Source of the DNA: Candidatus Thorarchaeota archaeon
Lineage (GTDB): Archaea; Asgardarchaeota; Thorarchaeia; Thorarchaeales; Thorarchaeaceae
Reading direction: 5' to 3'
Length of the DNA stretch: 36,417 bases
Assembly (NCBI GenBank): GCA_029210805.1
Contig: JARGGA010000003.1
Span: forward strand, 1 to 36,417
The first letter of the stretch is position 1. Every line of letters begins with the position of its first letter. The notes below the pieces were generated by a model that saw nothing but the letters and a program-made list of their open reading frames with translations, did not search any database and had not been told where the DNA came from. Of the stretch, positions 19,759 through 28,487 are shown piece after piece. The position numbers and the translations under genes are program-made.

Positions 19759-19764
19759 TTTCTT

Positions 19765-20079
19765 CTACTCTTTCATCTTCTCAATCTTGAAAACAACTGG
19801 TTTTAGTCCGTCGCCACAGGGCTGATAGGTATACCCAGGTGCTGGAAATTCATAGTCACCGTCATTGAAATATACCATCAAAGTAGTGTAGAGGTCCTGC
19901 CAAGCCCTGCCACATAGTCCTTCAGGTCTGTCGAGATGATGATCCATGATGAATTCCTCACCTACTTCATGACCGCATACTGGAATTGGATTACCATTCC
20001 ATGTAATTCCATGGTCCGGGCCGAACACGTCTTCTGTAGTAAATTTCCTTACAACTGTAATTTTTACATTAGGACTCAT
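19765..20079 (-). CDS. TIGR04076-family small Cys protein
   Basis: VKITVVRK...C...GEEF...PEGLCGRAW...CGDGLKPVVFKIEK pattern. Confidence 0.8.
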   Translation of the reverse strand: MSPNVKITVVRKFTTEDVFGPDHGITWNGNPIPVCGHEVGEEFIMDHHLDRPEGLCGRAWQDLYTTLMVYFNDGDYEFPAPGYTYQPCGDGLKPVVFKIEKMKE

Positions 20080-20182
20080 TCTTCTATCTCCTTGTATTCT
20101 CTCTTATTCAGAGAAAAATGGAATATGACTTTTAGCAGTTGCATACTCGGCAACGGAATGAGAACAATTCTTGGTTGGTGCT

Positions 20183-20698
20183 TTATTCTGCACCTATCCA
20201 GTCTGGCGAAAACCGAAGCCCACAGACCGCATCTGCACCATGGCCATACTGCTCTGCTGAGTTTATGTGCGTCTGTATTCTTTCAATGAAATGGCTCAAA
20301 GTAGCGGGGTTTACACTCAATTCAACAGTAAAATCATCAAGAATGAAGGGCTCATTGTCCATGGCATCGAATCCAAGCCTAACGACAAGCATGTCCAACC
20401 ACTGAATTTGTACTCCATTTTCTTTTCCAAAAGACACATGGTCAAAACCTGCAGGTGGATTACACTTGTACTTCTTTGTTCCCTTCCCGTAGGTCTGAAA
20501 GAGTATCAAGAGAGCCTGAAGGCTTTCACCTAGAGTTCTAAGGGCAGCATCATCTCCTATGATGTACACTTCATCCCTCCACTTGTCGCTCCTGTTGTCC
20601 TTCACACGCCAGATTTGGAAATTCAAATCGGTAAATTCATTCCTGGTTTTCACATCACTCATACTATCGACTCCTTTGCTAGTGGCGGGTATTCTCAT
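20183..20698 (-). CDS. Hypothetical protein
   Basis: 171-aa ORF; true start probably the internal MSDVK. Confidence 0.65.
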   Translation of the reverse strand: MRIPATSKGVDSMSDVKTRNEFTDLNFQIWRVKDNRSDKWRDEVYIIGDDAALRTLGESLQALLILFQTYGKGTKKYKCNPPAGFDHVSFGKENGVQIQWLDMLVVRLGFDAMDNEPFILDDFTVELSVNPATLSHFIERIQTHINSAEQYGHGADAVCGLRFSPDWIGAE

Positions 20699-21065
20699 GA
20701 TTTTTCATAAGGTCATCTGTATCATCGCAGGTGTCTTGTCTCAATTCGTCAGACGCTCTTAGTTTTAGTAATGCTCTCACAACAAGATAGCTGCCCACAA
20801 TAGACAGTCCAATAATCCCAATAATAAGGCCCACAATGAATGTTAGTACTTGGTCAATCATGTAGTATTCTGAGGTAGCAGTTAATATTGTAAGTAAGGA
20901 CATCGGAATCGTGAGTATCCCTATTCCAGTACGGAGTTCAGCAAGATGGGTTCTTTTTTCAGCTTCAATTGTTCGTATCACTGCTAGTGTTGTTCTCAAA
21001 TCACCCGTTTCTCTTGCTACCTTTGCTATCTTTCTAACATCATTCTTTGGCAAATCATTCACCAT
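20679..21065 (-). CDS. Small membrane protein, DUF202/YidH-like
   Basis: AEKRTHLAELRTGIG motif followed by two TM helices. Confidence 0.65.
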   Translation of the reverse strand: MVNDLPKNDVRKIAKVARETGDLRTTLAVIRTIEAEKRTHLAELRTGIGILTIPMSLLTILTATSEYYMIDQVLTFIVGLIIGIIGLSIVGSYLVVRALLKLRASDELRQDTCDDTDDLMKNHENTRH

Positions 21066-21308
21066 CTAGGGTTCATCAAGTAGACTATCTTTTCGTACTC
21101 CAATCTTTTTCTTGCCGATAAGCCTACGTGCTTCATCTGGACCCACAAGTTCAGATATTCTATGCAATGCCTCCGGGTCATCTTCACGATCCAACCATTT
21201 CTCAATTTGCTTGTACACCTCTGGTGAAAGATCCCTGGCTAGTTTCTTCTTGCGTTCTTTCTTTCCAAGGTCAAAATCATCAGGGCCGAGCATGCTCATG
21301 GGATGCAC
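21066..21308 (-). CDS. Hypothetical charged protein
   Basis: 80-aa ORF abutting the next gene in operon fashion. Confidence 0.6.
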   Translation of the reverse strand: MHPMSMLGPDDFDLGKKERKKKLARDLSPEVYKQIEKWLDREDDPEALHRISELVGPDEARRLIGKKKIGVRKDSLLDEP

Positions 21309-21485
21309 CTACTTAATTCTCAGGGGCTAATGTTATGACCTTTCCTCGTATGGAAGAAATGAAAAAAGGGTGTTTGTACCCAAATCCAAATAGGATATAT
21401 TATAGTAGAAGTGTAGTTCAGTGGTACCCGAAACGTACAACTCCGTTATTCTTATAACCGGAGATGTCCGACGACAGCAACGCAT

Positions 21486-21623
21486 GGGTTGGTGGTCTAG
21501 CTTGGCTATGATTCTTGGTTTGGGACTTAGGGTCACTTTGCCCCTTTGCAAGAATCCAAGGGATCCCCGGTTCAAATCCCTTCCTGATTTCCAGCAGGGG
21601 TGAAGATCCGGGCCAGCCCACCA
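21486..21623 (+). tRNA. tRNA-Pro(TGG) with introns at 37/38 (21525-21554) and 59/60 (21577-21606), CCA encoded
   Basis: Acceptor GGGTTGG/CCAGCCC, anticodon stem CTTGG/CCAAG, T stem CCCGG/CCGGG. Both 30-nt inserts form bulge-helix-bulge motifs. TTATAA at 21452 upstream. Confidence 0.93.
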
Positions 21624-21635
21624 CTTAAACACGCA

Positions 21636-22124
21636 CTAAACTTCTTTTCCCTCATCTTTCCAAGGACCAGAAATAATCACAGGTTCTGTCTTTAGAATGA
21701 GTACAATACCAACCACCAATTGAATTGGAACTGGACCCATGTAGAGAAAAATGCTATGCATATCCAAGGTGTAGAGCATCATTGGAACACCCAACGCCAC
21801 CGGAAAGAGCATGGTCAGCACTCCAATTATATATGCTAGTCTTCTTGATGCCTCTCCTTTGAAACATCGAACAACCTGAATTGCAAAAAGAATGCTGAAG
21901 ATTCCTGTTGTTGCCGCAGTGAGTGTATATGCAAGATCAAATGCATGGACGGCATAGAATTCTCCATTCTGAAGTCTAAGAACCCAAATCATTGAGTAAA
22001 TGGCGGTTTCAGCACCCCTTTCTGAGCCACCTTGCCAGAACACTCCAAAAGGCACTACAAGTGTCAATACTGTCATAAGATATGCAATTCGCCGTCTGGT
22101 CAAATCCTCCAGATTCATCATCAA
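21636..22124 (-). CDS. Membrane protein (about 4 TM helices)
   Basis: Hydrophobic segments; overlaps the upstream gene's stop (ATGA). Confidence 0.7.
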   Translation of the reverse strand: MMMNLEDLTRRRIAYLMTVLTLVVPFGVFWQGGSERGAETAIYSMIWVLRLQNGEFYAVHAFDLAYTLTAATTGIFSILFAIQVVRCFKGEASRRLAYIIGVLTMLFPVALGVPMMLYTLDMHSIFLYMGPVPIQLVVGIVLILKTEPVIISGPWKDEGKEV

Positions 22125-23524
22125 TACCAGCCTGCACTCTGATAGAAATGTATTGAGAACATCATAACTCCTGAGAGGGTTTCATTATCAGTAGCCACGA
22201 TTTTCAGAACATAAGTAAAAGAGGTACCGGGGAAATATTCTAGATTCCAGCCTCCTCCCATTCCTCCCCAATCGCCCTCCGTAACATTTCTTGAATCGCA
22301 GAGATTTCTCCGAGCTGTTTCATTCTCAGCATAAAATTCGCTGGAAGTTACGTTCAGCATTTTGTAGAAGTAAGTAACTTCAGAAGGTGCACTTCCCCAG
22401 TTGATGAGACTGCAGTCATAATATAGATTGTAAAATTGATCATATTGAGTTTGTTGTACCTCACACGAGAAGCTATACCACTCACCAAGATGTATTGGTT
22501 CACCATTGTCAGGGCTCTGATGGAACGTAATTGTTGTGCCTTCGCGCACTGCATTTTGGTATGAAAAGGCAACATTGCTCATTGTCACGAGTAGAAATCC
22601 AACTGCAATTATAAGGCCGGCACGTCTAAACCTCAAGCGGAGTGCAAGTTGTTTGACTGAATCTGTGCTGAAGCCTTCCCTACGCGAAGTCCATACTTTT
22701 TCAGCCTCTGCTGAATCTGATGTCATATCCCAATACTCTGAATTATGTTGTAGTATTTTGATGCTTGTTGTAATGCATATCAAAGAAACACAGACTAATG
22801 AACACAAAGCATAAAGAATTGACCCCCAAGAGGGTTCAAATCCGATGAGGGTCGACAACGAATGACCACTGGGGTGTTCATAATCAGAAAGGATTACCGC
22901 AAATGCCTTGGCTAAATTGTGAGGACTATAAACTGCAATGCTCCTTGTCAGAGACATATACAAGTTAGTTGGAGCCCATCCAATCAGCGTTGCCAAGTAT
23001 ATGGTTACCGCACACCCGACAGATGTAGCAAGTATGATATCATCGGTCAAAACTGCAAGAAAGATTCCAATGGATGTCAGAATCAATGAGATTGCCAATG
23101 ATGATACCAGCACAACTGGCAGATAAATCAGATACCCTGTTCCCATAGGACTGTAGAAAGTAGTTCCCGCAATTATTGGTTCAATGAACAAAACGATTGT
23201 AGACGATATAGTGAACATTGTTGCAAGAATGTAGGCTTCGAGCAATCTCCGGAAAAATACACGAGCTGGTGAAATTCCAGATTGAAGCATTGAATGAGCC
23301 TGTCTTCTAGCAAATGATGAAGAAACAGAAATACCTGCCGCAAGAAAGAACGGCAGACCAAGGCCAATTGAATAGGATATAACGTTCACAGAATTAAGAA
23401 GTACCGCAAATTCATCTGTATAGCTCACATGTGGGCGTGTGGCATAGCAAAGGAACAGTGTAACAATTGAAGTAATACCCCATACAATATACCATCTCTT
23501 TCTATTGTCAAGCTGCGCTAGCAT
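22121..23524 (-). CDS. ABC-2-type permease-like membrane protein with C-terminal extracellular domain
   Basis: About 7 TM helices with LQSGISPARVFFRRLL and YSPHN loops, followed by a sequon-rich C-terminal domain. Confidence 0.6.
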   Translation of the reverse strand: MLAQLDNRKRWYIVWGITSIVTLFLCYATRPHVSYTDEFAVLLNSVNVISYSIGLGLPFFLAAGISVSSSFARRQAHSMLQSGISPARVFFRRLLEAYILATMFTISSTIVLFIEPIIAGTTFYSPMGTGYLIYLPVVLVSSLAISLILTSIGIFLAVLTDDIILATSVGCAVTIYLATLIGWAPTNLYMSLTRSIAVYSPHNLAKAFAVILSDYEHPSGHSLSTLIGFEPSWGSILYALCSLVCVSLICITTSIKILQHNSEYWDMTSDSAEAEKVWTSRREGFSTDSVKQLALRLRFRRAGLIIAVGFLLVTMSNVAFSYQNAVREGTTITFHQSPDNGEPIHLGEWYSFSCEVQQTQYDQFYNLYYDCSLINWGSAPSEVTYFYKMLNVTSSEFYAENETARRNLCDSRNVTEGDWGGMGGGWNLEYFPGTSFTYVLKIVATDNETLSGVMMFSIHFYQSAGWY

Positions 23525-23605
23525 GATCTTTACCCCGGTACCACATCTTTTGAAAATCGTATAGTTCCTAGATAGTACTTGCGGTTGTCAGAAATTTGCT
23601 TTGAA

Positions 23606-23621
23606 CGGGCCGGCCCACCAC
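23606..23621 (+). repeat. att-like copy of the tRNA-Pro 3' end
   Basis: cgggccggcccaccac versus cgggccagcccaccac at 21609-21624. Confidence 0.75.
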
Positions 23622-23627
23622 ATCAAC

Positions 23628-24812
23628 TCATTTTTCGCTAGCTTCTAATTGAGCTGGTTTAGATTCACCTTTTCGCTTTCGATAGATGACTCCTCCAATA
23701 ACTGTCACAACCACCAGTGATAACGCTCCTATAATTGTGAGGAAAACTGGATCGCCCATGCCCCGCCATAGGCGGGAAACCAAAACATCCCCCCTCTCAG
23801 TGTGGAGAATTCTACCGTTGTACCCAGAAGCCCAACCATGTGTTGCATTGAGAAAATCTACTGACATCAGTCTTGATAAGCCGATATCAACTCCCTGTGA
23901 ATACCAAGAAATACCTCCATCCACTGTATGTATCACTGCTGTTTGCGACCCTACAATCCATCCTGTTGTATCATCAATGAATTGAACATCTGTCAAGTAG
24001 GGTTTTCGAAATCCTGGAATTGGTGAGTTGCTTGGAACAGGTGTTTCTTCCCACGAAGTAGCAGTTCTTGTTTCAGCTAACATATTATCTGCAACCGCCC
24101 ATCCAACATTTCTCGATGCAAATGCCAATGCCCAACCTCCCTTATCAAAAACCAGTTGCCATGACATTCCTCCGTCTTCGCTATGATATATTCCATAAAA
24201 TCCTATGACATCCATAATCTCTGGAGTGTGAAAGTATATCCTTCTAATGGTGTCTTGATATGTCCATTCAGTACAAACATTCCAGGTAACACCTGCATCA
24301 AATGTACGGAAAAGTTGCTGGTTTGTTGACGCCCATCCGTGTGAACTGTTAGCGAATCCTACTGTTGTGAAAAGGCTTGTTACATTTTCAAATTCCACAT
24401 AATTCCAAGTGATTCCACCATCTCTTGAGTTAGCCAAAATTGCCATTCCAGCAATCCAAATTGAATTTGGACTAGATATCGTTAGTTGGTTAAACCATTG
24501 CGAACTATCACTGAATCGGGTGACCCAGGTGTCGCCCCCATCTACAGTTGAGAGGATTATTCCGTTACCCAACCCATCCGAGCTTTGCCCTATGACCCAT
24601 CCATGTGTATTGTTTACGAAATCTATGTCCCAAAAGATTGCTTGATTGTATCCAGAATTTTGATCAACCCAAATTTGATCTGTTTGACCTGTTGTTTGAG
24701 CACTAGTGAAGAAAACAAAGTGTGAGAGGATGATTAGAGTAGCAAATAACATTGTAGCAGTTCTACGTCCTCTTGTTGGCATTGAGATAGTAATACCATC
24801 CATGTGTTTCAT
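23628..24812 (-). CDS. YCF48/BNR (Asp-box) beta-propeller surface protein, paralog 2
   Basis: Same blades as 17044-18201 (NSGY...F...THGW, PYLTD...GWIVG, RLW.G..DPVFL). The start is probably ATG 24812, 24803 or 24782, because the longer ORF overlaps the upstream gene. Confidence 0.85.
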   Translation of the reverse strand: MKHMDGITISMPTRGRRTATMLFATLIILSHFVFFTSAQTTGQTDQIWVDQNSGYNQAIFWDIDFVNNTHGWVIGQSSDGLGNGIILSTVDGGDTWVTRFSDSSQWFNQLTISSPNSIWIAGMAILANSRDGGITWNYVEFENVTSLFTTVGFANSSHGWASTNQQLFRTFDAGVTWNVCTEWTYQDTIRRIYFHTPEIMDVIGFYGIYHSEDGGMSWQLVFDKGGWALAFASRNVGWAVADNMLAETRTATSWEETPVPSNSPIPGFRKPYLTDVQFIDDTTGWIVGSQTAVIHTVDGGISWYSQGVDIGLSRLMSVDFLNATHGWASGYNGRILHTERGDVLVSRLWRGMGDPVFLTIIGALSLVVVTVIGGVIYRKRKGESKPAQLEASEK

Positions 24813-24849
24813 CCTCTCATTTTTTCTTATACTTTGATAGCCCTCGATG

Positions 24850-25098
24850 CTATTCTGGTAGTGGGTCTCCTCCGCTACCACCTCCACCAGTACCTGGTAG
24901 AGTGACGTATGTTTCATCACTTCCCAGGTAATGACCCTGTGTGTCATACGCCTGAACTTTTACCTTCATTTGTACGTAGCCCTGAAGAAGTGACCATGAC
25001 ACATAGTAATCGCCACTTGTATACGGTGTAGGTTCACAAGCGATTTTGTTCTCTCTAATCTGATTCTTTGCATCATCAAACCAATCACGTATCGACAA
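24850..25098 (-). pseudogene. Probable C-terminal fragment of a protein ending YVTLPGTGGGGSGGDPLPE
   Basis: Beta-strand-like segment YYVSW...VKVQAYD plus a Gly-rich tail. No signal peptide, a weak TTG start, and the 5' end lies near the island border. Confidence 0.55.
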
Positions 25099-25194
25099 AT
25101 CTAGGTTTCTCTCCTTGCTCCTAGATTCATACGCTTTTGACCCCTTATGAAATCATCTGAGAAGAAACACTCGCAAATGGTGATTGACAAAGGC

Positions 25195-25209
25195 GCCAGC
25201 CCACCACTT
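25195..25209 (+). repeat. Second att-like copy of the tRNA-Pro 3' end
   Basis: gccagcccaccactt is identical to 21612-21626. Confidence 0.75.
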
Positions 25210-25313
25210 TGTTATTCTGACAATGAGTCACCTTTTACGCCATCCGGAAAGACATTTATATTTCTCGATTATCCGATGATTGGAATTGGTCCTGCAATTA
25301 CGAGGTGAGATGC

Positions 25314-26360
25314 ATGAGTACCGAGCAGCATTCTGAGAGCGAAAAGAAACTAAGTATCTTTGAAAAGTATCTGCCAGTGTGGGTCGCAGTATGCATGCTC
25401 GTAGGAATCATTCTCTCGCAGGTAGTTCCAGGTATTGGCGAAGCAATTGACTCGTGGAAATTAGGCGAAATATCAATTCCAATTGGTATCTGTCTCTTCC
25501 TCATGATGTACCCAGCTATGCTGAATGTACAGTCTTCCGAACTGAAGAAACTAGGGAGAAATCCGAAACCTATCATTCTCACACTGTTTTCGAATTGGAT
25601 CATAGCTCCAATTGTAGGATTTGCCCTGGCAAACCTGTTTCTTCCCGGAAACGAACAGCTGATTGTTGCTATCATTCTACTATCTTCTAGTCCCTGCACC
25701 GCAATGGTTCTTGTCTGGGGATATCTTGCAGAGGGGAATCAGGAACAGAACATAATCAATACCAGTCTAAACACAGCAACCATTCTCTTCCTCTACGCAC
25801 CGATTGTCGTTCTTCTCACTGGAATCTCAGCAATTCCGCTTGATCGTTGGACATTGTTCATTTCGGTCCTCGTGTTTATCGGGATTCCACTGATTCTTGG
25901 TTTAATCAGCAGAAAATCGCTTGTCAACTGGAAAGGAATCGACTGGTTCGAAAAGAAGTATCGTCCAGCGGTTGGCAACATTGCTCTACTAGCTCTTCTA
26001 ACAACCTTAATCATACTCTTCTCTCTCAACGGTATGGTCATGCTTGAGAATCCGGATCTCCTGGTTTTCGTATCGATTCCACTTCTAATTGGATTTGCAA
26101 TCGTTGTGGGTTACAACCTGCTGATAACAAGGATGGCAAAGCTTGCATACAGAGAGGGAGTGATTACGGTAATAATCGGTTCATCGAGTCATTTTGAGAT
26201 TGCCATTGCAACTGCGATTTCTATCTATGGCGTAGGTTCGATTGCCGCACTTGGCACAACCATGGGTCTCTTTTGGGAAGTGCCTATCATGTTAGGTATT
26301 GTCTACTTGGGGAAATATCTTCGCGCAAAGGGCTTTTGGAAAGAAGAACCTACTGAGTGA
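25314..26360 (+). CDS. acr3: ACR3-family arsenite efflux transporter
   Basis: LSIFEKYLPVWV, MMYP, NWIIAP, PCTAMVLVW, SHFEIAIA and EVP; GAGGTGA RBS before ATG 25314. Confidence 0.93.
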   Translation: MSTEQHSESEKKLSIFEKYLPVWVAVCMLVGIILSQVVPGIGEAIDSWKLGEISIPIGICLFLMMYPAMLNVQSSELKKLGRNPKPIILTLFSNWIIAPIVGFALANLFLPGNEQLIVAIILLSSSPCTAMVLVWGYLAEGNQEQNIINTSLNTATILFLYAPIVVLLTGISAIPLDRWTLFISVLVFIGIPLILGLISRKSLVNWKGIDWFEKKYRPAVGNIALLALLTTLIILFSLNGMVMLENPDLLVFVSIPLLIGFAIVVGYNLLITRMAKLAYREGVITVIIGSSSHFEIAIATAISIYGVGSIAALGTTMGLFWEVPIMLGIVYLGKYLRAKGFWKEEPTE

Positions 26361-26447
26361 CCCATTGCAAGTCGGCTGGCGTGTTGTCGAGAGTACCGAA
26401 TATACAATCGGCAATAGTCGAAATGTTTATCATGGATTATTCGGCTA

Positions 26448-27182
26448 ATGCCGGTCATGTCAGTTCAATCATCTGTAAGGGAGCGGTTGGCCCGTCGCAT
26501 TGCAGGTGAGATTGCCTTATCCGATTATCCTGGACAGACGATGCGAGTCTGGAGAGAACGCTTCAGATTACCTCAGATTGTATTGGCTGAATATCTTGGA
26601 ATTAGTCCCAGTGTGATTAGTGATTATGAATCCGGACGTAGAAAATCTCCTGGAACTTCAACAATCCGACGTTTTGTTATGGCACTCCTTTCACTTGATG
26701 AACAGAATGGAGGACAGGTTGTTTCAGCCTTCGTGCGATTAATGGATGTCAGTCTAGTGGATCTAAACATTGTCTTGGCAATGAGTGATTTTTCTGCTAG
26801 CATGACAAGTAGGGAATTTTGTGACAAGTTGAAGTGTACAGTCAAGAGTGGAGAGGAGTATCTTGACAAGGAAATCTATGGATACACCCTTGTTGATGTT
26901 GAACGAGCAGTGCGAGAGCTTGACAGTGAGGCATTCCTCAAACTATTTGGAGCAACCACCGAACGATGTCTGATATTTACGAACGTAAATACTGGCCGAG
27001 CTCCAATGATTGCAATCAAATCACAGGAGTTCAAACCTACCCTTGTCGTTCTTCATGGCGTGGGTAAGATCGACCGACTAGCTTTGGAACTATCTGAGCA
27101 GATGCGAATACCTCTTGCAGTGAGCAAGATTAGCTCAATAGATACGCTACTTCGAGAATTACGTGCCTTTGGCCCTGACTAG
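26448..27182 (+). CDS. Archaeal XRE-family HTH regulator (COG1709-like)
   Basis: RIAGEI...SPSVISDYESGRRKSPG and IFTNVNTGRAPMIAI. Confidence 0.85.
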   Translation: MPVMSVQSSVRERLARRIAGEIALSDYPGQTMRVWRERFRLPQIVLAEYLGISPSVISDYESGRRKSPGTSTIRRFVMALLSLDEQNGGQVVSAFVRLMDVSLVDLNIVLAMSDFSASMTSREFCDKLKCTVKSGEEYLDKEIYGYTLVDVERAVRELDSEAFLKLFGATTERCLIFTNVNTGRAPMIAIKSQEFKPTLVVLHGVGKIDRLALELSEQMRIPLAVSKISSIDTLLRELRAFGPD

Positions 27183-27293
27183 CCAAAGATTAGTTTCAAT
27201 GCTAATTTCTGAATTTAAAGGCAGCAATGGAAAGTGATTTCTTGCAGGTCGATGTGACATGGAATTTCATTTGAAAAGAAAAGTGTGTTCGCA

Positions 27294-28397
27294 CTACATC
27301 TGATTATTTACTAGAGTATCCTTCCCTAGGAATTCTAGAAAATCATTGTACACTTGTCTAAAAGACCGCGTATCATTCTTGAAGGCCTCAATCTGTCCAA
27401 TTATTTCTTCAATTTTAGCTATGAGAAATGTCGTATCTCTTCTGAATCCATTTGATTGCTGGTCAGATTGAAGTATGAATAGAATCTCCTGGAATTTTGG
27501 GGCATTTGAAAAGATGAAGGTATCAGTTTTTCGTATAGCTGAAAGGATACTCAATGCTATGGATTCAAGATAATAGATTTGTGGTTTGCGATACTCTCTT
27601 GGTAGAACGCGAATGTATTTCCTTTCAAGGTCTTTATGCAAATATCTAGAAATGGTACTGCGAGAGAAACCTGTAGCATCAATCAAAGTCTGTTGATTAG
27701 CGCCTCGATGGGTAAAGAAGACGCTCAGAATTCGATTTCTTATAGGGTCACTTTTATAGTATCCCAAAATATCCAATAGTTCTCTCTCTAATTCTTGTGT
27801 TTCAAATGGGTAGACTATCATTTCATTCAGCGGGATTATTTCGGATACGTCTTCTTGAAAGAATGAGAATCTCTTCTCTCTCTTCATAATTCTTCGTTGC
27901 GCTTCGATGTAATTCCGAAGGCTATTTAGTCGTCTATGCAAGAGTTTCGTTGCAATGGGATACTTGCTCCGTAGATCTTGAAAATCTCTTTGCTTTTCCA
28001 CTATGTATAGATCAAGTTTCTCAAGATCTTCAATGATTCTAGCAAAAGGGGTGTAAGCAAACCTTACTCTTTCTGGATTTATTCTGTAGAGGTTTTTGTG
28101 CGTATTTGGAATAATACTACGGCTTATGATATCCGTTTGAAGAAACGATTGCAGCGTCGCTGAAATGGTGCTCAGAGAGAATCCTGTTAGTTGCTTTAGC
28201 TGTTCTTGGGTTAGAGTATCATAGACTGAAAGATACGCAAAAACCTCTGTTGCTCTTGGGGTAAGACCAAGCATTTTTCCAATTTTCTTATAGAATGTGA
28301 CAATCTGTTGCTCGATCTCCTTTAACTGCCCTGATAACAACTCAACTTCTTTCATTGGTTCCATCCTTTCTTTAGCATCTTTCAATATATCTATCAA
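27294..28397 (-). CDS. Transcriptional regulator with two tandem MarR/GbsR-like wHTH domains
   Basis: LTQEQLKQLTGFSLSTIS and ANQQTLIDATGFSRSTIS. Start uncertain. Confidence 0.8.
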   Translation of the reverse strand: MIDILKDAKERMEPMKEVELLSGQLKEIEQQIVTFYKKIGKMLGLTPRATEVFAYLSVYDTLTQEQLKQLTGFSLSTISATLQSFLQTDIISRSIIPNTHKNLYRINPERVRFAYTPFARIIEDLEKLDLYIVEKQRDFQDLRSKYPIATKLLHRRLNSLRNYIEAQRRIMKREKRFSFFQEDVSEIIPLNEMIVYPFETQELERELLDILGYYKSDPIRNRILSVFFTHRGANQQTLIDATGFSRSTISRYLHKDLERKYIRVLPREYRKPQIYYLESIALSILSAIRKTDTFIFSNAPKFQEILFILQSDQQSNGFRRDTTFLIAKIEEIIGQIEAFKNDTRSFRQVYNDFLEFLGKDTLVNNQM

Positions 28398-28487
28398 ACC
28401 ATTGCTCTGATAGGATATATTTTATTCAATTTACGAAATTTAGAAAATATATAATTCTTGTGTCGACTTGAAAACGGAGATTCAGCA

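Larger units (their letters stand above)
21624..25209. mobile_element. Two tandem integrase-free islands at the tRNA-Pro 3' end
   Basis: The tRNA 3' end recurs at 23606-23621 (15/16) and 25195-25209 (15/15). Confidence 0.65.

Noticed and set aside
21411-21426. GTGTAGTTCAGTGGTA resembling a tRNA D arm (possible split tRNA half)
   Set aside because: No closing D stem, anticodon arm or acceptor strand could be built.
19759-21485. An island integrated at tRNA-Thr
   Set aside because: No convincing copy of the tRNA-Thr 3' end was found downstream.
21333-21632. ORFs 21333-21632, 21418-21624 and 21421-21603
   Set aside because: They overlap the intron-containing tRNA-Pro and are shadow ORFs.
24886-24900. 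LPGTG as a sortase LPXTG signal
   Set aside because: No TM helix or basic tail follows, and the counterpart reads LPGGG.
24813-24947. N-terminal extension of propeller paralog 2
   Set aside because: It overlaps the upstream Gly-tail ORF in another frame and precedes the signal peptide.
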